The position numbers and the translations under genes are program-made. The notes beneath the pieces were generated by a model, which did no database searches, had not been told where the DNA came from, and saw only the letters and a list, made by a program, of their open reading frames with translations. A stretch of 64,000 nt of DNA from Desulfovibrionaceae bacterium (GTDB taxonomy: Bacteria > Desulfobacterota > Desulfovibrionia > Desulfovibrionales > Desulfovibrionaceae). The stretch covers positions 1,189,909-1,253,908 of the forward strand of contig OY762289.1 of NCBI GenBank assembly GCA_963665495.1, in the 5' to 3' direction. Shown here piece after piece: positions 9,338 through 18,979 of the stretch. Positions within the stretch are counted from its first letter, which is position 1, and the number at the start of each line of letters is the position of its first letter.

Positions 9338-10669
9338 TTATTCGATCCAGGCGCCTTTTGCATAGCGAAAAATCTCCGTCACATTGGTGCTTTTCTGGAC
9401 GCGATAAGAACCGTTGACGGCAGCCTCTGGGGAATCTCCCAGAGATTCATAGATTTTTTCCGAATACTTCATAAAGCCGACAAAGGGCGTATGCTCGTAT
9501 TTTGACTGCTTGATTTTCAGGTCAACGGAAACCTTGTCGAGCTGGGTATATCTGGCTTTGTATTTGCCATTCTCCTTAACTATTTCAGGATTTCCAGGAG
9601 TATGGAGATAGCTTCGATTGATCTTTGCGATGAAGTCCGAAGCGAAATTTTTAAATTTTTCTTTGGCCTCGTTCAGCTTGGCCATATTCGGGCCTTCCGC
9701 TGTAGTCGGCAGAAATTCCACGTTTTTTGCATGAATATCAGCGGTACGTGCGAACAATTTCTTTTTCGGCGCCTGTGCCGCGAGCTTTGCTTTTTCTCTG
9801 GCTTCTTCGCGTTTGCGCGCTTCTTCCCGCGCATTTTCCAGTTTGGCTCTTTCAGCGGCTTTGTTCGCTTCTTCAGCGGCTTTTTTGGCCTCTTCGGCAG
9901 CCTGCTGTGCCTCTTTGGCAGCCTGCTTGGCGGCGGCATCCTCTTCTACCTGCTCAGGAGCCGGCTCCGGCGTTGCGATGCCGAAGGAGGAACTCAATTT
10001 TACAGGCTTTTTTTCTTCCGCTGCTTTCTGTTTTGAGGCTTCGGGAGTTTTTTTAGCCACGTGCAACTGTTCAACACCAAATGAACTCTGAACACTGGCT
10101 TCTGTTTCAGGAACCTGGGGGGTTGCCGGATAATTGGGAGACTTGGCGGTGTCGGCTGTCAGGGTTTCCGGAAGGGAATAACCGGGGGTAGCCTCGAGCT
10201 TTGGTGGTTCAGGAGTTTCTATTTTTTCTTCAACAACCACGGTTTCTTCAACAGTGGAAGTCGCGTTGCCTTCAGAAGTGGTAGTGGTAACTGTGGCGGT
10301 TTCTGTAATCTCTGCAGCTTCAGTTGCTTTCTCAGACTCAGCAACAGGTTGTTCCGGAGGTGTCTGTTCTTGCGAGGGAGATTCAGTGATGATTTCCTCT
10401 TCTGCTGCGACGGGTGCGGCGGCCTGGCTGTCCTGCTCAGGAGATGCCTGCTCTGTGGTAGCCTTTTCCTGCGCCGGCTCCTCGGAAGGGGGAGCGGCTT
10501 CTTCCTGCGGAGATGATTGCTCCGATGCGGCTGCAGGGGCCTGTTCCTGTGCCGGTTGTTCGGTTTGAACTGCAGGTTCCGAACTTTTTTGTTCGGAATC
10601 ATCGTTCGAAGAGCACCCGGCAAGGGGGCTGATAACGGCCAGCAAGAGTAAGAGCAGAAGAATTCTCAT
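9338..10669 (-). CDS. Lipoprotein with a long disordered E/P/A/Q-rich region, a KA/E-rich coiled-coil and a C-terminal globular domain
   Basis: Signal peptide MRILLLLLLLAVISPLAGC (lipobox LAGC). About 250 aa of low-complexity acidic/proline-rich sequence, then a TolA-domain-II-like AAKQAAKEAQQAAEEAKKAAEE stretch, then ~110 aa C-terminal domain. Confidence 0.65.
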   Translation of the reverse strand: MRILLLLLLLAVISPLAGCSSNDDSEQKSSEPAVQTEQPAQEQAPAAASEQSSPQEEAAPPSEEPAQEKATTEQASPEQDSQAAAPVAAEEEIITESPSQEQTPPEQPVAESEKATEAAEITETATVTTTTSEGNATSTVEETVVVEEKIETPEPPKLEATPGYSLPETLTADTAKSPNYPATPQVPETEASVQSSFGVEQLHVAKKTPEASKQKAAEEKKPVKLSSSFGIATPEPAPEQVEEDAAAKQAAKEAQQAAEEAKKAAEEANKAAERAKLENAREEARKREEAREKAKLAAQAPKKKLFARTADIHAKNVEFLPTTAEGPNMAKLNEAKEKFKNFASDFIAKINRSYLHTPGNPEIVKENGKYKARYTQLDKVSVDLKIKQSKYEHTPFVGFMKYSEKIYESLGDSPEAAVNGSYRVQKSTNVTEIFRYAKGAWIE

Positions 10670-10855
10670 GGCGTGTTCCCGAGCTTCCAAACTTTGGAGG
10701 GTCTTGACCTTGAACAGGGGTCCAGGTCCGTATGCTTTTGTTGAGATACGCTGATCTCATTGCAATTCTTCGTTATATGAAAATGCCTCAAATGAAAATC
10801 CCGGCGGCGCCGGAAGCGCCGCCGGGAAGGAATGGCTAGTTATCCGCAGGTGAAA

Positions 10856-11890
10856 TTAGTCACCCTGTACGCGGATTTCAACGCGACGGTTGAGGGCACG
10901 GCCTTCAGCAGTGGCGTTGTCGGCAACGGGGCGGAGCTTGCCGTAACCGATGGTGTTCAGCTTACAGGCGCTGGCGGCACCGTTCTTGAGCAGGTAGTCG
11001 TAGACGGACTGCGCACGGCGTTCGGACAGCTTCTGGTTGTACTTGATGGAGCCAATGGCGTCAGTGTGACCTTCGATGAGGTAGCAGCATTCGTTTTCGT
11101 TGATGATGCCAACAGCTTCGTCCAGCAGAGGCTTCATGTCGTCACGGATGTTGTACTTGTTGAAGTCGAAATGAATGGTGCGGAAACGGATCATTTCAGC
11201 TTCACAGGCAGGCACGAGGTCGTAAGCAACACACTTGATGAAATCATCAATGGTGGTGCCGTTTTCGAGCATCAGGGTACCGTCAACCAGCGGGCAGGAG
11301 CAGTTGCTCAGCGCAGCGATGGCATCCAGAACGGACTTGCCGTAAGCGTTGTCAGCAAAGGAGATGATGTGAAAGCAAACATTGGGGTAGCTGGCGTAGA
11401 TGGCTTTGGCCTGCTCTACGGGGTCGATACCCTGGTTCTGCTTGCCGTCAGACAGCATGATGATAGCGGTTTTGCCGGACAGGGTGTCCAGAACGGGCCG
11501 CAGATCCATGATGCCGTAACCCATGGGGGTCTTGCGCTGGAAGATACCGTAAGAGGTCTTAACCTGACCGATACCGGCAGCAACAGCAGCCTGGTCGTAA
11601 GGAGCAACAGCAGCCAGCTCAGCGAAAGGAGCGAAGGTGTAAACACCAACGTTGTAGCTCAGAGCAGGCAGTTTTTCATTCAGGGCGTACATCAGGTTTT
11701 TGGACATGGCGATTTTCTTGGAAGCATACGTAGCATGCCCCATAGCCATGGAACCGGAATAGTCCTGGAAGAAAATGATGTTATCAACCTTGGGGACCAT
11801 CTTCATCTTCTTGGCCTGGGCAGGAATAGCCATGACCAGAACCATGAGGACGAGAACCGTCAACACAGTAAGTTTTTTTCCAAATCTCAT
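10856..11890 (-). CDS. vWA domain-containing OmpA family protein
   Basis: Signal peptide. vWA domain with MIDAS DxSxS (FFQDYSGSM). C-terminal OmpA_C domain (…GHTDAIGSIKYNQKLSERRAQSV…). RBS GGAGGTG 8 nt before ATG 11890. Confidence 0.8.
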   Translation of the reverse strand: MRFGKKLTVLTVLVLMVLVMAIPAQAKKMKMVPKVDNIIFFQDYSGSMAMGHATYASKKIAMSKNLMYALNEKLPALSYNVGVYTFAPFAELAAVAPYDQAAVAAGIGQVKTSYGIFQRKTPMGYGIMDLRPVLDTLSGKTAIIMLSDGKQNQGIDPVEQAKAIYASYPNVCFHIISFADNAYGKSVLDAIAALSNCSCPLVDGTLMLENGTTIDDFIKCVAYDLVPACEAEMIRFRTIHFDFNKYNIRDDMKPLLDEAVGIINENECCYLIEGHTDAIGSIKYNQKLSERRAQSVYDYLLKNGAASACKLNTIGYGKLRPVADNATAEGRALNRRVEIRVQGD

Positions 11891-12151
11891 ACCAATACAC
11901 CTCCACTCTTTTGTTACCGGATAAGCACTCCGACCTGGACCACCCACTGTGATCCAAAGGCCTCTCCACATGCCCGAAACAAAGATTGTTTCCGAAGGTT
12001 AGTCCTGCTTCAGGAGATTCCTTGCAGGTGGTTAATAATACAAATTATAACCAAAACCCCAGCCTAATGGGAATTTTATAATCCCTTTTAAGAATGGACG
12101 CAAGGAAAAATTAAAAAAAATTCATCTTTTCTTTGCAGGTCGCCGGACGGC

Positions 12152-13534
12152 CTAAGGAGTCGTATTTTGAGCCAGCAAAGCTTCGCAAAGAGCCTCATCC
12201 AGCGTCGGGTGGGCAAACATGATTTCTTCCACCGCACTGCGTGTCGGCGCAAAGGAAATCAGCAGCGAAGCCTGCATCACCAGGCTTGTGACTCCATGCC
12301 CCGCAGCGCAGACGCCACGCAGCGTGTTTTCTGACCAGATCGCTTTTACGAAGCCCATGGACGAACCATGGGACTGGGTTATGGCATTGGCGGCAAGAGG
12401 CGCCTGGCTGACGCTTATGCTCTGACCGGCGGCTGCGAGTTCCTCTGCTGTCGGTCCCACGCGCATGGCTTCGCATGAACCATACATGCAAAGCGGAATG
12501 GGCCCCGGATCATAGCTGTCATGCCGGGTTCCGGCCGCATGGTCTGCCGCATATTTTGCCTGATGGGTAGCCGTATGGGCCAGAAGCACCTGTCCATTGC
12601 AGTCTCCCACAGCGTAAATATCCGGGGCTGCGCGGAGTGATTCATCGGTAATGATCCAGCCCGGCCCCTTGGTACGGATGCCAGTCTGTTCCAGGTGCAT
12701 ACCAGAAATACGCGGACTGCGGCCTACGGCAACCAGAGCTTTATCCGCCTCTAGTGACGTGCCGTCGACAAAAGTAAGAAGAGCGCGGCCGTCAGCGGTG
12801 GCAAGTGTTGCGACTTTGGCTCCAGTGAGAACGCTCCACTTGGAGCGTTTGAAGTGGCTGGCCAGTGTCTTGCCGATTTCGGGGTCCTCTCTGGGAGCGA
12901 GACGGTCCATGGCTTCAACCAGGATTATTTTGGAGCCCATTCGGGACCAGAACTCGCCGAGTTCGAGTCCTATGGCTCCACTGCCGATGACGATGAGGCT
13001 TTCCGGCACTGTTTTCAAGTCCAGCAAAGACGTGGAATCGTGGATTGCCTGACCATCGGGGCGCAACCCGGGCAGAACGGTATTCTGCGACCCCACAGCC
13101 AGAATAAGCTTTTCGAATCCGAGGGTCCGACTCCCGGTTTCACCTGTAATTTCGATGGTGTTTTGTCCTGACAGGCAACCGCGGCCGGCAAGTTTCGCCA
13201 CACCGGATTTTTCCAAAGTGGCGGCGATGGCCTTGCGGTTGCCGGCAAGCACGCGTTCTTTGCGCGTCTGCAGCGCGGCAAGATCCAATTGCGGCGGGGT
13301 GTAGTCCTGGGGCAGCAGCTTCAGCCGCGCCTGGGCTTCCAGCTCGGGAATGGCCGCTGTGGCACCGAGAAAAAGTTTGGTCGGGATACAACCACGGTTA
13401 AGGCAGGTACCGCCTAAGAGTTCTTCTTCGATGAGGACGGTTTTTTTTCCAAGGGCGGCGGCCCTGAGGGCGGCTGTATAGCCGGCCGGGCCGCCGCCCA
13501 AAACGGCGATTTCAGCAGTGTCGTTACATGTCAT
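12152..13534 (-). CDS. lpd: Dihydrolipoyl dehydrogenase (L-protein of the glycine cleavage system)
   Basis: FAD-binding GGGPAGY and redox-active GGTCLNRGCIPTK. Last gene of the gcvH-PA-PB operon. Start at MTCNDT (ATG 13534) gives an N-terminus typical of the family. Confidence 0.85.
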   Translation of the reverse strand: MTCNDTAEIAVLGGGPAGYTAALRAAALGKKTVLIEEELLGGTCLNRGCIPTKLFLGATAAIPELEAQARLKLLPQDYTPPQLDLAALQTRKERVLAGNRKAIAATLEKSGVAKLAGRGCLSGQNTIEITGETGSRTLGFEKLILAVGSQNTVLPGLRPDGQAIHDSTSLLDLKTVPESLIVIGSGAIGLELGEFWSRMGSKIILVEAMDRLAPREDPEIGKTLASHFKRSKWSVLTGAKVATLATADGRALLTFVDGTSLEADKALVAVGRSPRISGMHLEQTGIRTKGPGWIITDESLRAAPDIYAVGDCNGQVLLAHTATHQAKYAADHAAGTRHDSYDPGPIPLCMYGSCEAMRVGPTAEELAAAGQSISVSQAPLAANAITQSHGSSMGFVKAIWSENTLRGVCAAGHGVTSLVMQASLLISFAPTRSAVEEIMFAHPTLDEALCEALLAQNTTP

Positions 13535-14972
13535 CGGTAAGCACCATACAGCGTGCGGCTTTGGTTTCATCCAGTCTGCGTACCGGGGTGGTGACAGGAG
13601 CCGCATGTACGGCGGACGGATTTTTAACCGCCTCATCCAGAATGGCGCGCAGGTCTTCTACAAACACATCAAGCATTTCCACACTTTCGGTTTCGGTGGG
13701 TTCAACCATCAGACATTCTTTGACAATCAAGGGGAAGTAGATGGTAGGTGCGTGATGGCCCTTGTCCAGCAGAGCTTTGGCGATGTCCAGAGCCCGGATG
13801 CCAGATTTCTCTGCAAGGTCTTCAGCCGAGGCCACGAATTCGTGCATGCAGGTGCGGTTGAAGGGAATTTCCAGGATGTCCTCAAGCCGCTTGCGCAGGT
13901 AATTGGCATTCAATACGGCGTTTTCAGAGACCCGGATCAGGCCTTCGCGTCCAAGGCGCAGAATGTAGGCATAGGCCTTCAGGACCACGCCGAAATTCCC
14001 GTAAAACGGCGCCATGTAGCCGATGGACTTGGGGAAGTTGTAATCAAGGAAAAAACGACCATCTTCCAGCCTGGCGACGCGGGATATCGGCAGGAAAGGG
14101 TTGAGCTTTTCGCTGACGCCAACCGGTCCGGCACCGGGTCCGCCGCCGCCATGGGGCGTAGCGAAGGTTTTGTGCAGATTGAGATGCACCACGTCGAAGC
14201 CCACATCGCCAACACGAAGTTTGCCAAGAATGGCGTTGAGGTTGGCGCCGTCATAATACAGCAGGGCGTCTTTTTTGTGGACCATTTCGACAATGGCCTC
14301 GAGGTTGTTCTCAAAAAGTCCCAGAGTGTTGGGGCAGGTCATCATCAAAGCCGCAGTCTCGTCGTCCAGGGCTTTTTCCAGCGCAACGGGGTCGATGACG
14401 CCGTTGCAGGAATCAATGTTAACGACATCGAAACCGGCCAGGGTGGCAGAAGCCGGGTTGGTGCCATGCGCCGAGTCCGGGCAGATGATTTTGGTTTTTT
14501 TGTTGCCTTTATCCTTATGATAGGCCGCGATGAGCATGGCGCCCGTCAGCTCGCCATGCGCGCCCGCCATGGGATGCAGGGTAAAGGCGCTCATTCCGGT
14601 TATTTCACTGAGCAATTGCTCGGTTTCGTAGATGACTTCCAATGCTCCCTGAGTGTAATGGCCGGCGCCCTTGAGCTGGGCCATGAGCGGGTGCAGGTTG
14701 GTGAATCCGGGGATGGCGGCCACTGCTTCCATGAATTTCGGATTATATTTCATGGTGCAGGAACCCAATGGATAAAAATTTCCGTCCACGCCGAAGTTGA
14801 GCCGGGAGAGTTCCGTGAAGTGGCGAACAACATCCAGTTCGCTCAGTTCCGGAAGCTTGGGTTTGTTGGCCCGCAGCAGTTCCTGGGGCAGCAAGACGTC
14901 CGCCCGTGTGCCGGGCTTGGATGGTAACGCTCCCGTACGGTTGGAAACGGATTTTTTAAATACGGTTTTCAT
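13524..14972 (-). CDS. gcvPB: Glycine dehydrogenase (aminomethyl-transferring) subunit 2
   Basis: 482 aa. PLP-dependent fold with NLHKTF…H lysine motif (VVHLNLHKTFATPHGGGGPG). The start overlaps the gcvPA stop (ATGA). Confidence 0.9.
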   Translation of the reverse strand: MKTVFKKSVSNRTGALPSKPGTRADVLLPQELLRANKPKLPELSELDVVRHFTELSRLNFGVDGNFYPLGSCTMKYNPKFMEAVAAIPGFTNLHPLMAQLKGAGHYTQGALEVIYETEQLLSEITGMSAFTLHPMAGAHGELTGAMLIAAYHKDKGNKKTKIICPDSAHGTNPASATLAGFDVVNIDSCNGVIDPVALEKALDDETAALMMTCPNTLGLFENNLEAIVEMVHKKDALLYYDGANLNAILGKLRVGDVGFDVVHLNLHKTFATPHGGGGPGAGPVGVSEKLNPFLPISRVARLEDGRFFLDYNFPKSIGYMAPFYGNFGVVLKAYAYILRLGREGLIRVSENAVLNANYLRKRLEDILEIPFNRTCMHEFVASAEDLAEKSGIRALDIAKALLDKGHHAPTIYFPLIVKECLMVEPTETESVEMLDVFVEDLRAILDEAVKNPSAVHAAPVTTPVRRLDETKAARCMVLTDDM

Positions 14973-16366
14973 AGCATGCCCCCTAACATTTCGGCCATGA
15001 TGCCGATGTCTTCGAAGCTGTGTTTTTCGGTGCAGGCCACGAGCAAGGCGTTTTCCATGCTCTTGTAGTAACGTCCCAGAGGGAATCCGGGGACAACGCC
15101 GCGTGATGTCAGCCGGTCGATGACGTCGTAGGCGTTCATGGGTAAACGGACGGCGAACTCATTGCCGAAAGGCGTATCGTTCAGACGCTCGACTCCCGGC
15201 AGTGCGCACAGTCTGTCCGCGGCGTAATGCGCCCGCTCAATGCTTAGTTCCGCCGTACGGATAAGTCCTTCCGGTCCGAGCAGACAAAGGCAGGTCAGCG
15301 CCCGCAAGGCGCAGAGCGCCTGGTTGGAGCAGATGTTGGATGTTGCCTTGGCCCGGCGGATGTGCTGTTCGCGAGCCTGGAGCGTAAGGACATATCCTTC
15401 CTTAAGTTCGCTCTGCGCGGGGCAGATATTGTCGCCTTGTTTTGCCTGGTCCGCATGTCCGTAGCTTTCGGGGGGCAGTTCGGTGGTTCGTCCGGCTATT
15501 CTGCCGGGAAGCTGGCGGACAAGGGCTTTTGTGCAAGTCATGATGCCGAGATAGGGGCCGCCGAAACTCAGCGGCAGGCCAAGGCTCTGTCCTTCGGCCA
15601 CGGCAATGTCAGCACCCATTTCGCCAGGTGTTTTCAACACGGACTGCAGCACAGGATAGACTGATATGACACCCAGGGCACCTTGCTTATGGGCATATTC
15701 AAACAAGTCGCTGAAATCGCCTATTGTGCCAAAAAAGTTGGGGCTTTGTACTACAACCGCAGCGCATTCCGAATCAATGGCCTTAATGAGTGCTTCCTGG
15801 TCGCTAACGCCGTTTTTGTGCGGAACCGTGACGAGATCGAGATGCAGGTTGGATGTGTACGAATTGAGCATGACCCGATGGATGGGGTTCACTGCCTCGC
15901 TGATGACCAGCTTTTTTCGTTTGGTCTTGCGTATCGCCATCATCATTGCTTCGAAAATGGCGGATCCTCCGTCATAAACGGAGGCGTTGGCGCAATCCAT
16001 TTCAAAAAGACGGCAGACAGCGGTCTGATATTCAAAAATGGCCTGCAGCGTACCTTGCGAGGCTTCCGGCTGGTACGGAGTATATGCTGTGTAAAATTCT
16101 CCGCGGTTCAGCAACCCGTCTATGGCTTTAGGAATGTGGTGGTCATAGAAGCCGGCTCCCAGAAAACTGATCAGATCCGTTTTATTTTTTGCAGCCAGTG
16201 ATTCAATGTGGCGGCAGACTTCCATTTCGCTCAATCCCGGTGGCAGATCAAAGCTTTTTGGACGCATGCTCTCTGGAATGTCTGCAAACAGAGCTTCCAT
16301 GGAAGGTACGTCGACGGCGTCAAGCATGGACCGAATTTGTTCATCGGTATTTGGGACGAATGGCAT
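14969..16366 (-). CDS. gcvPA: Glycine dehydrogenase (aminomethyl-transferring) subunit 1
   Basis: About 465 aa. N-terminus MPFVPNTDEQIRSMLDAV… typical of GcvPA. Operon context between gcvH and gcvPB. Confidence 0.9.
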   Translation of the reverse strand: MPFVPNTDEQIRSMLDAVDVPSMEALFADIPESMRPKSFDLPPGLSEMEVCRHIESLAAKNKTDLISFLGAGFYDHHIPKAIDGLLNRGEFYTAYTPYQPEASQGTLQAIFEYQTAVCRLFEMDCANASVYDGGSAIFEAMMMAIRKTKRKKLVISEAVNPIHRVMLNSYTSNLHLDLVTVPHKNGVSDQEALIKAIDSECAAVVVQSPNFFGTIGDFSDLFEYAHKQGALGVISVYPVLQSVLKTPGEMGADIAVAEGQSLGLPLSFGGPYLGIMTCTKALVRQLPGRIAGRTTELPPESYGHADQAKQGDNICPAQSELKEGYVLTLQAREQHIRRAKATSNICSNQALCALRALTCLCLLGPEGLIRTAELSIERAHYAADRLCALPGVERLNDTPFGNEFAVRLPMNAYDVIDRLTSRGVVPGFPLGRYYKSMENALLVACTEKHSFEDIGIMAEMLGGML

Positions 16367-16479
16367 TTTCGCAACCTTTTTTAATGATAACAAACTTGAA
16401 GCGTTTCACGCTTATTCTGGAAAATACACACCTGGCCAGCCAGCCAGCCAGCCAGACAGTGGAAAAAAGCAATGCAGTG

Positions 16480-16860
16480 TCAATGCGCTTCGGATTCGGT
16501 CAATTTTTTATACTCTTCGGCATTGAGCAGTCCTTCAGGGTCGTTGCTCAGTGTGACCTTGATCATCCAGCCTTTCTCGTAGGGTTCATCATTTACCAAT
16601 TCCGGGCTGTCTTCGAGTTCTTCGTTGATTTCGAGGACTTCACCGGTCACGGGTGAATAAATTTCACTAGCGGCTTTAACTGATTCAACTGTGCCCATTT
16701 CCTGGCCTGCTTCGACCAGATTCCCCGGAGAGGGGAGTTCGATAAATGTCAGGTCGCCGAGTTGTTCCTGTGCATAAAATGTGATGCCGATAATGGCGAT
16801 GTTATCCTCAATACGGACCCATTCGTGAGATTCAGTGTACAGCAGCTCTTCCGGAATCAT
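16480..16860 (-). CDS. gcvH: Glycine cleavage system H protein
   Basis: 126 aa. Lipoyl-lysine motif region …[20 protein letters not shown]… RBS GGGAGG directly upstream. Confidence 0.9.
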   Translation of the reverse strand: MIPEELLYTESHEWVRIEDNIAIIGITFYAQEQLGDLTFIELPSPGNLVEAGQEMGTVESVKAASEIYSPVTGEVLEINEELEDSPELVNDEPYEKGWMIKVTLSNDPEGLLNAEEYKKLTESEAH

Positions 16861-17154
16861 TAACTTTCAGCCTCCCGTTCGATACCATTTATACGATGAT
16901 AAAAACAAATACTGTCTCATCAATACGGCCCAAAGGCATGCTTGTCAAAAGGCAGAGTGGTTGCGGAGAGAAAAAAGTTGGTCTGAAAAGGGCAGTAAGT
17001 TTGCCGGCAAGGGCAGAAGTATGATTGCCGGAGGGGAAGTTGCCAGGGGGGGCTGGCTGCGGATTATTGGTGGTTTTTTGCGTATAGAATAGAAAAGCGC
17101 CAGTGTTGGCGATAAACATGTTGGTGCAGGGGGTGTTGGTAATGCGCAGTCAGC
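16861..17154 (-). promoter_or_regulatory. ~290-nt leader/promoter region upstream of gcvH; possible structured RNA (glycine-riboswitch-like motifs, unresolved)
   Basis: Unusually long non-coding gap before gcvH. Contains GGAGAG, GCCGGAGGGGAAG, TCTGAAAAGGGCAG and duplicated CTGCCCTT / GCCGGCAA blocks resembling pieces of the gcvT-motif consensus. The order and strand are not canonical. Confidence 0.25.
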
Positions 17155-17553
17155 TTATATGTCGAGTCCCAGTGAGCGAATTTCTTCGATTAAAATTTGT
17201 TTGCGAATGGGTTTGACAATATATGAAGTGGCATCCCCCAGGAAAAAGGCGTCATGAACCTCCTGAGAATCGTCAAGACCGGTAATCATGACGACTTTTA
17301 CCACTTTGTCATTGGCTACGCCCAGTTCTTTTTCAATTTCTCTGATTTCCCGCAGGCATTGTTGCCCGTCCATATTGGGCATAAGGATGTCCATGGAAAT
17401 TAGATCATAGGGATCATTTTCCTTGAGTGCGGCTTTAAAGGCTTCCACGCCTTCTTCGCCATCAACGGCAACGTCACATTCGCCATAAGGCCGGAGAATT
17501 TTTTGTAACAGTTTTCGACTGTCAAAGTCGTCGTCAACAATAAGAAATTTCAT
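17155..17553 (-). CDS. Single-domain response regulator (CheY-like receiver)
   Basis: 132 aa. MKFLIVDDD…D54-equivalent …LISMDILMPNMDG… …KPI… receiver signature. RBS GGAGGA 8 nt upstream. Confidence 0.85.
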   Translation of the reverse strand: MKFLIVDDDFDSRKLLQKILRPYGECDVAVDGEEGVEAFKAALKENDPYDLISMDILMPNMDGQQCLREIREIEKELGVANDKVVKVVMITGLDDSQEVHDAFFLGDATSYIVKPIRKQILIEEIRSLGLDI

Positions 17554-17868
17554 TCAGATAATCCTCCACGTACCCAATTTTCAATGAAATGCCCAAGCAA
17601 TTATAACCTGAGCCGCAGGTGTAAGCTCTGCTGAATAAGGATGTTAATATAGCTTGTGCGGTTTTGCTGACAAGCATTATTTTCTTAGTAATCCATTCTC
17701 ATAAAAAATGCAAAGGGGGACGGCTTGCATGTCTCCGGTCCTGGGGCTAAGAAGTGACAAAAAAAGAGTGGCCCCGGCTGCCTTTTCGAAAGGATTTTGT
17801 AAGTGATTTTAAATTTATTTGTATCCGCCTTGTGGAATGGAAATTTGCCTTCTGCCAGAGGGCAATGG

Positions 17869-18129
17869 ATGGCCTGGCCGTTTACTGATTACGGCTGGAC
17901 AGCCGGCTTCTGGCCGATAGTCACGAAAATACTGTTTATGGGAGTGCTGTTCGCAGCCATTGCCCTGGTGCTGCGTTTGCTTTTCGGACCCAAAGGGCCT
18001 TTACGCGGGACTGATTGGGAGACAATGCAGGAAGCACGTGAACGGGAAGAGCGCGAAAACAATGGTGGAGCTGGACCCATGACCCCTGAACAGGAAGAAA
18101 TGCGGAAGAACAACAATGTGCAAAAATGA
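17869..18129 (+). CDS. Hypothetical small membrane protein
   Basis: One or two TM segments (…ILFMGVLFAAIALVLRLLF…), charged C-terminal tail. RBS AGAGGG 6 nt before ATG 17869. Overlaps the next gene's start by 14 nt. Confidence 0.35.
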   Translation: MAWPFTDYGWTAGFWPIVTKILFMGVLFAAIALVLRLLFGPKGPLRGTDWETMQEAREREERENNGGAGPMTPEQEEMRKNNNVQK

Positions 18130-18895
18130 GTTGGAAGAAAGCAAGCAGTTATTTATCGCTTTTTCCGACAGCCATTTGAATGGCAATTCGGATGATGCGT
18201 ATCATATAAAATTGAAAAAGCAGCATTCGCTGGACGTGCTGGAAAATGCCAATGAAATCGTCAACAGCCTTGATATGTCTTTCCAGGACCAGCGGTTGAC
18301 TTTGTTTGCGGCGTTGTTTCACGACGTCGGCCGTTTTCCGCAGTATGTTCGCTATAAGACCTTTCTTGACCGTGAATCCAAAGACCATGGCATATTGGGA
18401 TCTATTGTGCTCGGGAAGGAGAACCTGTTGCCATCCTTGACACAAGACGAATTTCGTCTGGTACGGGCTGCTGTTGTGATACACAATCGCAAGAAAGTGC
18501 CGGAAGGGATAAGCAGTCGGTTACGACAAATTGTCGACGTGGTCCGTGACGCCGATAAACTCGATATCTATCGTGTTATGGTGGCACACTTTACTCGTGC
18601 TCCCGGTGATTTTCCCGTTGTCACTTTGCACGCGAAGGACAACCCGGATGCCTATACACGGGGGGTGTTTGACGACGCACTCAATGGAGTCCAGGGGGAT
18701 TATAAAAAAATAGTTTACGTTAATGATTTCAAATTGCTACTCTGCGGATGGGTCAATGATTTTAATTTCATGGTTAGCAGACGAATCGCTCACAAGCGAG
18801 GTCTGGTGCAGGATCTCCTGAATACGCTTCCGGACTACCCGGAAATGCGGGAATTGGGTGGGGTCGTATACAAGCGATTAATTCAGGATCTTTGA
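18116..18895 (+). CDS. HD domain-containing phosphohydrolase
   Basis: 259 aa with HD motif (…FAALFHDVGRF… …DADKLD…). Confidence 0.7.
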   Translation: MCKNELEESKQLFIAFSDSHLNGNSDDAYHIKLKKQHSLDVLENANEIVNSLDMSFQDQRLTLFAALFHDVGRFPQYVRYKTFLDRESKDHGILGSIVLGKENLLPSLTQDEFRLVRAAVVIHNRKKVPEGISSRLRQIVDVVRDADKLDIYRVMVAHFTRAPGDFPVVTLHAKDNPDAYTRGVFDDALNGVQGDYKKIVYVNDFKLLLCGWVNDFNFMVSRRIAHKRGLVQDLLNTLPDYPEMRELGGVVYKRLIQDL

Positions 18896-18979
18896 TAGTC
18901 CACAGAGAATGTTGATAAGTGCCGGACTGTTCTTTTACAATGGGAGCAGACCCGTTTTTCGAAAATGAGGAGATAATGA

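Noticed and set aside
9600-10600. Short-period nucleotide repeats (gctgcggc / ttcttc…) that could be mistaken for a repeat array
   Set aside because: They encode the E/P/A-rich low-complexity region of the lipoprotein. There is no spacer-repeat periodicity, so this is not a CRISPR array.
10832-12067. 411-aa plus-strand ORF
   Set aside because: Lies entirely antisense to the well-supported vWA-OmpA gene. Low-complexity V/G/A-rich translation typical of an antisense frame in GC-rich DNA, and no RBS.
13518-14927. 469-aa plus-strand ORF
   Set aside because: Antisense to gcvPB, whose product has clear family signatures. Long antisense ORFs are expected at this GC content.
16835-17092. 85-aa plus-strand ORF in the gcvH upstream region
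   Set aside because: No RBS, Gly/Arg-rich translation, and it lies in a likely regulatory leader. Treated as non-coding.
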